A stretch of 64,000 bases of DNA from an uncultured Rhodobacterales bacterium (GTDB lineage: Bacteria > Pseudomonadota > Alphaproteobacteria > Rhodospirillales > Rhodospirillaceae), in assembly GCA_964576515.1 (NCBI GenBank), contig CAZNUW010000008.1, positions 36,307 to 100,306 of the forward strand, written 5' to 3'. Shown one piece after another: positions 33,412-40,927 of the stretch. A model generated the notes under the pieces. It did not search any database. It saw nothing but the letters and a program-made list of their open reading frames with translations, and was not told the DNA's origin. Made by a program: the position numbers and the translations under genes. Every line of letters starts with the position of its first letter. Position 1 is the stretch's first letter.

Positions 33412-35025
33412 CTACTTCTCAGGAACTTCAATCGTGGCGCCCGGCAGCGCCGGCGTGTTGACGGGCCTGCGGATTGCCTTTGTCGCCTGTTCATACGCGT
33501 AACCAAGCGCAAGAAGCTTCGGCTCCGTGAAGGCGGTGCCCGTGAACGAAATCGTCACCGGGAGGTCGTCGGTCGTAAAGCCTACGGGAACAACCAGGTC
33601 CGGGAAGCCGGTAAGATTGCCGATGCCGGTCGGCACACGGCTGATCGCCGGCGGCGGGTTCTGCGGTCCCGCGATCTGCACGACGCGGCGCATCCCGGTC
33701 GGATAAACGATGGTATCGAGTTTATCCTTGGCAAACATGCCTTCGACCAGCGCACGGCTCATCGGCATCCAGTGGTCGCGTAAGGCGATATAGCCCGGGT
33801 CGGTGAGCTGCTCTGCCTTGGCCTCAACGTTCTTGAAGTAAAGCCAACGCGAGAGATTTGGACCCTCGCCCGTCGGACGCAGATCGTTATACGCCTCGGC
33901 CCGCTCGATCAGTTGCGCGAGGTTTTTTGGATACTTGGGCCCAGTGGTCTTCAGGTAATCGCCGATCTGGACCGCGAATTCGGCCGGGTAAAGGGTAAAC
34001 ACCGCGGGCCCGGTCTGATCCAGGAACCACGTGGGATAGCGCACGTCGATCAAGGTCGCGCCCGCCCGCCGCATCGCCTTCAGCGCCGCTTCAAACGCCC
34101 AATCGACATCGGGATCGGCGCCCGTAAAGTCGCGCGCGACGCCGATGCGCGCCCCCTTCAGGGCGTTCGCATCCAGGAACTTGGTGTAATCCTTTTCAAA
34201 CCTTCCCGCGCTTTTCTTGGTAGCGTCGTCGGCGGGATCCACGCCCGCCGTGATTCCCAATGAGACGGCGATGTCATAGACGCTGCGGGTCATAGGACCG
34301 CCGGTATCCAGCGACAACGCCAGGGGAATGATGCCGTCGCGGCTGATGAGACCGTGTGTGGGCTTCAAACCGACAATGCCGTTCACGTTCGAGGGTCCAC
34401 GAATGGACCCGCCGGTGTCGGTCCCATACCCCAACGGCGCGTACCCCGCGGCAATTCCGACGCCCGTACCGCCGGACGAACCGCCGGGGATACGCGTCAG
34501 GTCGTGAGGATTGAGCGATTGCCCCCCCATGGAACTTTGATAGCCGTTGGCGAACTCGCCGAGGTTCACCTTCGCGAGCATGATCGCGCCTGCGTCGCGC
34601 AACTTCTTCACCAGGAAAGCATCGTCGGGCGCCATGCTGCCCTCGAGCAATACCGAACCGCCGGTGGTCGGCATCTCGATGGTGTCGATATTGTCCTTGA
34701 AGATCACAGGAATGCCGTGGAGCGGACCGCGGACTTTGCCCGCCTTGCGTTCGGCATCAAGCTGACGCGCGACCTCGAGCGCTTGCGGGTTGAGCGAGAT
34801 GACCGCATGGAGCTTGGGACCGGCGCGGTCGTACGCCGCGATCCGATCAAGGCAAAGCTGCGTCAGTTTCTCGGCGGTGAGCGTTCCCGCGGCCATCGCC
34901 GCCGACAACTCCGCGATTGTGGCCTGATCGAATTCGACTTGCTTCGCCGCAGCCGGGACGGCCGTCAACAGCGCCGCGCTCATCATGAGCGCGGCAATCG
35001 CATTTTTGTAAGAGGTCATGGCCAC
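33412..35025 (-). CDS. exported amidase-signature enzyme, paralog C
   Basis: Signal peptide ...VPAAA, FKDNID, GSSGGTGV, GTDTGGSIRGPS. Confidence 0.85.
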   Translation of the reverse strand: MAMTSYKNAIAALMMSAALLTAVPAAAKQVEFDQATIAELSAAMAAGTLTAEKLTQLCLDRIAAYDRAGPKLHAVISLNPQALEVARQLDAERKAGKVRGPLHGIPVIFKDNIDTIEMPTTGGSVLLEGSMAPDDAFLVKKLRDAGAIMLAKVNLGEFANGYQSSMGGQSLNPHDLTRIPGGSSGGTGVGIAAGYAPLGYGTDTGGSIRGPSNVNGIVGLKPTHGLISRDGIIPLALSLDTGGPMTRSVYDIAVSLGITAGVDPADDATKKSAGRFEKDYTKFLDANALKGARIGVARDFTGADPDVDWAFEAALKAMRRAGATLIDVRYPTWFLDQTGPAVFTLYPAEFAVQIGDYLKTTGPKYPKNLAQLIERAEAYNDLRPTGEGPNLSRWLYFKNVEAKAEQLTDPGYIALRDHWMPMSRALVEGMFAKDKLDTIVYPTGMRRVVQIAGPQNPPPAISRVPTGIGNLTGFPDLVVPVGFTTDDLPVTISFTGTAFTEPKLLALGYAYEQATKAIRRPVNTPALPGATIEVPEK

Positions 35026-35028
35026 ACC

Positions 35029-36690
35029 CTATTTCTCGGGGATTTCGACCGTGCCGCCGGCAAGCGGCGGCGTATGTACAGGCCGGCGGATCGCTTTCGT
35101 CGCCTGCTCGAAGCTATGTCCCAAGGCCAACAAACGCGGCTCGCTGAAGGCCGGACCGAAGAAGGAAATCGTGACCGGCAGGTCGTCGGTGGTGAAGCCT
35201 GCCGGGACGACGAGATCGGGATACCCTGAGAGGTTTCCTAAGCTACGGGGTGAACGCACGGAGCCCAGCGGCGGTCCGGGCGGCGCCGCGATCAGCTCGG
35301 GACGAACAACGGTGGTCGGATAAACGATGGCGTCCAATTTATCCTTCGCGAAAATTCCATCCAGCAGCGCGCGCGTCATCGGGATGAAGTAATTAAGCAT
35401 CGCATTGTAAACCGGCCCGTCGAGCGGCACGGATTTCGCCTCGACGTTCTTGAAATATTGCCAGCGCGATAAGTTCGGCCCAACCCCATCGGGCCGCAAA
35501 TCGTTGTAGGCCTCCGCGCGCTCGATCAACTGGTCGAGATTCTTGGGATACTTCGGGCCGGTTGTCTTCAGATAGTCGGCGATCTGCGCTTTGAATTCCG
35601 CCGGATACAAGGTGAATACGACCTGGGTCGCGGAATCGAGATACCACTTGGGCAAACGGACTTCCGTAACCGTCGCGCCGGCCTTCTGCATGGCCTTCAG
35701 GGCGGATTCGATCACCCAGTCCACGTCGGGATCGGCACCCGTATAGTCGCGGGCGATCCCAATACGCGCCCCCTTAAGGGCATCCGCCTTCAGGAACTGC
35801 GTGTAATCCTTGTGGAACTTGCCGTCGCTTTTTTTGGTGTACGGATCGGCCGGATCCAGCCCCGTCATGGGCCCTAGCGAAACGGCGATATCATAGACGC
35901 TGCGCGCCATCGGACCGCCCATGTCCAGGGTCAGCGCCAGCGGAATAATGCCGTCGTGACTAAGAAGACCGTGGGTCGGCTTCAACCCAACGATGCCGTT
36001 GACCGAGGACGGCCCACGGATCGAGCCGCCGGTATCGGTCCCCAATCCCAGCGGGGCATAACCCGCCGCAACGGCCACGCCCGTACCGCCGGACGAGCCC
36101 GACGGTGTGCGCGTCAGGTCATGGGGATTCAAGGACTGACCGCCCATGGAGCTCTGCATCCCGTTGGCGAATTCTCCTAGGTTCACTTTGGCGAGAATGA
36201 CAGCCCCGGCATCGCGCAGACGCTTGACCATATTGGCGTCGTCCGGCGCCATATTGCCTTCGAGCAGGACGGAGCCGCCGGTCGTCGGCATGTCGGCCGT
36301 ATCGAAATTGTCCTTCAAGACGACCGGGATACCGTGGAGCGGGCCGCGAACCTTGCCGGCCTTACGTTCCGCGTCGAGGGCGCGCGCAATCTCGAGCGCG
36401 TTGGCGTTGAGGGCGATCACGGCGTGAAGCTTGGGGCCCGCCCTGTCATAAGCGGCGATGCGATCCAGGCAAAGCTGAGTGAGTTTCTCCGCCGTAAGGG
36501 TCCCGGCGGTCATGGCCGCGGCAAGATCGGCGATCGTTGCCTGATCGAATTCGACGGATTTCGCCGACGCCGGCGCACCGGCGAAGAGCGCACCCGCGAG
36601 GGCGGCCATAGATACAAATCGGGCGGTAGCGTGTCTTTTCACGGCGTGAATCCCCCAATGTCCAACGGATACTAAAGCGTTGTTTGTCAT
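35029..36690 (-). CDS. exported amidase-signature enzyme, paralog D
   Basis: Signal peptide ...APASA, LKDNFD, GSSGGTGV, GTDTGGSIRGPS. GTG at 36642 (VKRHATARF...) with a GGGGGA RBS is a plausible true start. Confidence 0.85.
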   Translation of the reverse strand: MTNNALVSVGHWGIHAVKRHATARFVSMAALAGALFAGAPASAKSVEFDQATIADLAAAMTAGTLTAEKLTQLCLDRIAAYDRAGPKLHAVIALNANALEIARALDAERKAGKVRGPLHGIPVVLKDNFDTADMPTTGGSVLLEGNMAPDDANMVKRLRDAGAVILAKVNLGEFANGMQSSMGGQSLNPHDLTRTPSGSSGGTGVAVAAGYAPLGLGTDTGGSIRGPSSVNGIVGLKPTHGLLSHDGIIPLALTLDMGGPMARSVYDIAVSLGPMTGLDPADPYTKKSDGKFHKDYTQFLKADALKGARIGIARDYTGADPDVDWVIESALKAMQKAGATVTEVRLPKWYLDSATQVVFTLYPAEFKAQIADYLKTTGPKYPKNLDQLIERAEAYNDLRPDGVGPNLSRWQYFKNVEAKSVPLDGPVYNAMLNYFIPMTRALLDGIFAKDKLDAIVYPTTVVRPELIAAPPGPPLGSVRSPRSLGNLSGYPDLVVPAGFTTDDLPVTISFFGPAFSEPRLLALGHSFEQATKAIRRPVHTPPLAGGTVEIPEK

Positions 36691-36926
36691 CCCCCTGCCG
36701 GCCGGATTGCCCGGTCGCGCGCAAGAAGCTTACGCCGCACCGCACACAAATCGCTAGCCCTCTCGAACTCCGGTTTTCCTAAAGCAATTCGCGCATGCGC
36801 CACCGGGCCAAACGCCGATACGCTGCATGATTTATCCCGATATCACTGCGAAAAAGCCCCAGTTTCGCCATCGGCGCCGCGTTTTACGTCCAGGACCATT
36901 GGACGTCACCGGGACGGGGCTCACTC

Positions 36927-37154
36927 ATGCGCGAACTCGACTTGAACGGACTGGCGCACCCGCTTTCCACGCAGTTCACGGAAAGCGAGATCGCGCGTAC
37001 CGCGATCCTTCTCGTGCAGCGCTACGGGACCAGCGCTCTCGATTATGCGCGGCAACGCTGCCTGGAAGCCGTGAAGGTCGACGATGCGAGAGGCGCAGAG
37101 ATTTGGCAAAGGATCATCGACGCCCTGCAGCGCGCCGAAGGAGCCTTCCATTAG
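36927..37154 (+). CDS. 75-aa helical hypothetical protein
   Basis: GC3-biased ORF, ...IARTAILLVQRYG..A..YA..R.LEA...DD..G..IWQRIIDAL. Its 3' end overlaps the fbpB stop by 4 nt (convergent). Confidence 0.4.
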   Translation: MRELDLNGLAHPLSTQFTESEIARTAILLVQRYGTSALDYARQRCLEAVKVDDARGAEIWQRIIDALQRAEGAFH

Positions 37155-38827
37155 CGCGCGGGGTCACTCTCGGGCGGACGGCTCATCTTGGCCAGCATAA
37201 CCACCGGCAATATCCCAAGTAAGACGATTGCCAGGGCCGCGAGACTACCGTCCTCATATGTTCCCCGCGCGGCTTCTCCATAAAGAAGCGTCGCGAGGGT
37301 TTCAAAGTTGAGCGGCCGCAACAGGAGAGTCGCGGAAAGCTCTTTCATGCAATCCACAAAAACAAGCATGGCGGCCGCGCCGATGGCGGGACGAAGCAGC
37401 GGCAAATGAACACGTCGAAGGACACCCGAGGCCGTTTCGCCCAGCGTACGCCCCGCATGATCGAGCGAAAGCGATATCCTCGTAAAACCCGCCTCGATCC
37501 CGCCTGCGGAAATGGCGAGGAAGCGCACGACATAGGCATAAATGAGAGCCGCGCCCGACGACAGGAAGACAAGGCCGACGATCACGCCGAAAAGTCCCTC
37601 CGAGACCGCATTGATCATTCTGTCGACCGCCGCGATGGGACCAAGCAAACCGATCGCTAGGACCGTGCCTGGAATCGCATAACCCAGAGATGCGATCCGG
37701 AAGATCGTCCGTGCGCCGCCACCCGTTTGAAGGCGGGCGAAATAGGCGAGCGTCAGACCGAGGATCACCGTAAGACCGGCCGCGACCGCCGACAGCAGGA
37801 ACGTATTGAAAGCCGCCTCAAGCAAATGGGACGAAATTCCCGCGAACGACGCCCGGCGCCACGCGGTGACCACGAGATGGAGCGCGGGAAGGCCGAATCC
37901 CAACAACACCGGACTTACAACAAGCGCAAAGACGCCCCAACCCTTCAGGCCAAGGACACGTTGCGCCTCAAGACGGCGCGGCTTCTGGGCGGCCACCGCG
38001 TAGGCAAGCCGGCGGCGGAACCAACGCTCCGCGATGACCAGGGCAACCACGATGGCGAGCATGAACAGCGCGATTTGCGCGGCTCCGGCCAGATCGGAGC
38101 GTGTGACCCAGGTGGTGTACACGGCAACCGTCATCGTACGCACGCCCAAGAATTCGGACGCCCCGATATCGTTCAAGGCTTCCATGAGGGCGAGACTGGC
38201 GCCTATCGCCACCGCCGGCCGCGCCAGCGGCAGCGCGACTTTGAAAAAGACAGCCGCGCGCCCGGCACCCAGCGTGCGCGCGGCCTCGATCAGGCTTGCC
38301 GACTGCATCAGGAAAAGGGAGCGCGTTGTGAGATAGACATAGGGATACAGCGCGAATCCCATAAGGAGAATGCATCCGGCCATCGAGCGGGGATCCGGCA
38401 AGCGCAGATCCTGCGGATTGGAGATCCCGGCCATGTCGCGGATGAACGATTGCACAGGTCCAACGGGATGCAGAACGTCAAGGTAAGCATAAGCGATGAT
38501 ATAGGTGGGCATGGCCAGGGGCAGCAGAAGCGCCCAGTCCAGCCACCCACGCCCGGGGAAGTCGTAGGCCGAAACAAGCCATGCCGCCCCCGCCCCGACG
38601 ACGACGGTGACCACACCGACGCCGACCAGCAGGACAGCGGTATCCGCCGCGGCCTGGGGTAGGACATAAGCCGCCAGATGCGGCCATAAGCCGGCGGACG
38701 GGCCCGCGGCGACGACCGCGAGGGCCGCCACCGGCAACAGCACCAAAAAAGCCGCGAGAACCGAGAGAGCGGTCCATCCGCCCGCGGAGGCGTTTCCGCG
38801 CGACGGATGGACGACGGGCGGTGTCAC
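37151..38827 (-). CDS. fbpB: iron(III)-type ABC transporter permease (fused two-domain)
   Basis: 558 aa, about 12 TM segments, two EAA-like loops (EAARTLGAG..., LDHAGRTLGE...). Confidence 0.8.
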   Translation of the reverse strand: MTPPVVHPSRGNASAGGWTALSVLAAFLVLLPVAALAVVAAGPSAGLWPHLAAYVLPQAAADTAVLLVGVGVVTVVVGAGAAWLVSAYDFPGRGWLDWALLLPLAMPTYIIAYAYLDVLHPVGPVQSFIRDMAGISNPQDLRLPDPRSMAGCILLMGFALYPYVYLTTRSLFLMQSASLIEAARTLGAGRAAVFFKVALPLARPAVAIGASLALMEALNDIGASEFLGVRTMTVAVYTTWVTRSDLAGAAQIALFMLAIVVALVIAERWFRRRLAYAVAAQKPRRLEAQRVLGLKGWGVFALVVSPVLLGFGLPALHLVVTAWRRASFAGISSHLLEAAFNTFLLSAVAAGLTVILGLTLAYFARLQTGGGARTIFRIASLGYAIPGTVLAIGLLGPIAAVDRMINAVSEGLFGVIVGLVFLSSGAALIYAYVVRFLAISAGGIEAGFTRISLSLDHAGRTLGETASGVLRRVHLPLLRPAIGAAAMLVFVDCMKELSATLLLRPLNFETLATLLYGEAARGTYEDGSLAALAIVLLGILPVVMLAKMSRPPESDPAR

Positions 38828-39862
38828 TTAGTTATCGAGGCCGACCTTGTCGACCAGTTGGCTGGCGGTTTTACGATGCTTCGCAATATCACCGATGGGC
38901 GTCGTATCGACCTTCAGCGTCCCGAGTTTGGCGATGATGGGATCGATCGGCGCGCCGGCTTTCACCGGATACTCGTAATTCGATTCCGCGTAGATTTTCT
39001 GCGCCGCATCCGAGACCAGGTACTCCATGAGCTTGACGGCATTGTCGCGGTTCGGGGCCGTTTTGGCGACCGCCGCGCCTGAAACGTTGACATGTGTGCC
39101 CGCGCCGTCGCTGAACGTCGGCAGGATCACATTGATCGCCGCGCCCCACTTTTCCTGGTCGGGACCGCCCTTCCCGCTGCGCATCAAACCAACATAATAG
39201 GAGTTCGCGACGCCGACATCGCAAATGCCGCCCATGATGTCGCGCGCGACATCGCGGTCGCCGCCACCCGGTTTACGGCCCGCATTGGCCTTGATCCCGC
39301 GCAGCCACTCCTCGGTTTTCGCCTCGCCGTGCTTGGCGATAAACGCGGCGATCATGGCCGTGTTGTACGGATGCTGACCGGCGCGAATACATACCTTGCC
39401 CTTCCACTTCGGGTCGGCCAGTTCTTCATAGGTAAAGGCCGTCTGCTTCACACGATCCTTGGAAACATAGGCAACGCGGCCACGCATGGACAAGGTGTAC
39501 CAGTGACCGGCCGGATCGCGGAGTTGCGGCGGCACGGCGCTATCGAGCACGCTGGACTTGATGGGTTGCGTCAGGCCTTTTTCCGCGAGATCAACAAGAC
39601 CGCTCAGATCGACAGTCATGAGAATATCGGCCGGTGAGAGTTTGCCTTCGGCGGCGACACGTTCGGCGATCCCTTCCTTCACGAACACGGCGTTCACCTT
39701 GATGTTGTTCGCCTTGGAGAAGGCGTCCAGCAGCGGCTGGATAAGGCCCGGCTCGCGCGTGGTGTAAAGGTTCACTTCCCGTGCGGAAGCCGGAAGCGCG
39801 AAGGCGCCCGCGAGCGCGACGCCGGCGGTAGCGCCGAAGCGGCGAATCATAGTGGTGAGCAT
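38828..39862 (-). CDS. fbpA: Fe(3+) ABC transporter substrate-binding protein
   Basis: Signal peptide, then VNLYTTRE..L..PLLDAF......KVN pattern of the FbpA/AfuA/FutA family. Confidence 0.75.
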   Translation of the reverse strand: MLTTMIRRFGATAGVALAGAFALPASAREVNLYTTREPGLIQPLLDAFSKANNIKVNAVFVKEGIAERVAAEGKLSPADILMTVDLSGLVDLAEKGLTQPIKSSVLDSAVPPQLRDPAGHWYTLSMRGRVAYVSKDRVKQTAFTYEELADPKWKGKVCIRAGQHPYNTAMIAAFIAKHGEAKTEEWLRGIKANAGRKPGGGDRDVARDIMGGICDVGVANSYYVGLMRSGKGGPDQEKWGAAINVILPTFSDGAGTHVNVSGAAVAKTAPNRDNAVKLMEYLVSDAAQKIYAESNYEYPVKAGAPIDPIIAKLGTLKVDTTPIGDIAKHRKTASQLVDKVGLDN

Positions 39863-39866
39863 GACT

Positions 39867-40853
39867 TTATCTCCCAGGTGTTGTTGCGTGATGGTTTGAA
39901 AAAGTAATCAAGTCCGCGGGCGCGTAAGACACGCCGACCTCATCGCCGGTTCTCAACGATACGTTCCCGCGCACGCTGGCTTTGAGCGGCGCACGGTCCG
40001 CCGGACCGGCGAGTGTGATGAGCGTGTTCTCGCCGGTATAAGAAATCTCGACGACCCGGAATTGCGCGGTGGTGGCGTCCGCGACAAGCGCGATGTCATG
40101 AGGGCGGATATAGGCCGGCCCCGCATCTCCGGGAAGTTCATTCAAATCCGAAAAATAGCGGGCTGCGAACAAAGAACGCGGAGAGCGATAGAGCTCCGCC
40201 GGTGTCCCCACCTGTTCGACACGTCCGTCGTGCAACAGCACGATACGATCCGCCAGCATCATCGCTTCTTCCGGATCGTGCGTGACGATCACGGCGGTGG
40301 TTTGCGTTTCGCGGAGCAGGCCAAGGGTCATGCGGCGCACGTCGTCGCGCGTACCGGCATCGAGATTGGAGAACGGTTCGTCCATGAGCAGGAGAGATGG
40401 TCCCGCGACGAGCGCGCGCACCAGCGCCGCGCGCTGCTGCTCGCCGGCCGACAGCGTATGAGGGTAGCGATGAGCCGTGTGGGCGAGACCGACCCGCGTA
40501 AGCAGCGCGGTCGCCGTGGCGCCGGACGCTTTGCGGCCGAAAATCGCGTTCTCATACGTCGTCAGATGCGGGAACAGCGCATAATCCTGGAACATCATGC
40601 CGATACCGCGCTGTTCAGGCGGCACGAAGGTTGCCGGTCCGGAGAGTTCCTGCCCGCCAACGATGATTCGGCCGCTTTGGGGCCGTTCAAGACCGGCGAT
40701 CAGGCGAAGCATCGTCGTCTTGCCGCACCCGGAGCGCCCGAGCAGGCACACAACTTCTCCAGCGGCGGCATTGAAGGAAACACGGTCAAGAACGGCGCGC
40801 GGACCGTAGCCGTGCGTCAGATCGGTGATTTCGAGGTAGGCCGCCGGTCTCAT
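39867..40853 (-). CDS. fbpC: ABC transporter ATP-binding protein (iron(III)-type)
   Basis: Walker A GRSGCGKTT, signature LSAGEQQR, Walker B LLLMDEP, and a C-terminal TOBE-like domain. Confidence 0.85.
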   Translation of the reverse strand: MRPAAYLEITDLTHGYGPRAVLDRVSFNAAAGEVVCLLGRSGCGKTTMLRLIAGLERPQSGRIIVGGQELSGPATFVPPEQRGIGMMFQDYALFPHLTTYENAIFGRKASGATATALLTRVGLAHTAHRYPHTLSAGEQQRAALVRALVAGPSLLLMDEPFSNLDAGTRDDVRRMTLGLLRETQTTAVIVTHDPEEAMMLADRIVLLHDGRVEQVGTPAELYRSPRSLFAARYFSDLNELPGDAGPAYIRPHDIALVADATTAQFRVVEISYTGENTLITLAGPADRAPLKASVRGNVSLRTGDEVGVSYAPADLITFSNHHATTPGR

Positions 40854-40927
40854 CGTTCAGCCCATTTATATCGGAAACAGATGATGGAGGGCGGCGTTGG
40901 CGCACCGCCCTCCACTATAGAGGTATC

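Larger units (their letters stand above)
30178..36690 (-). repeat. tandem array of four paralogous exported amidase genes (about 1.6 kb units)
   Basis: Four consecutive co-directional ORFs with colinear sequences, separated by 13-, 17- and 3-nt spacers. Confidence 0.9.

Noticed and set aside
36691-36926. Possible sigma-54 or Fur site upstream of the amidase array
   Set aside because: TGGCGC...TTGC has the wrong spacing (9 nt instead of 5). No Fur-like 7-1-7 motif was seen, so regulation of the array remains unknown.
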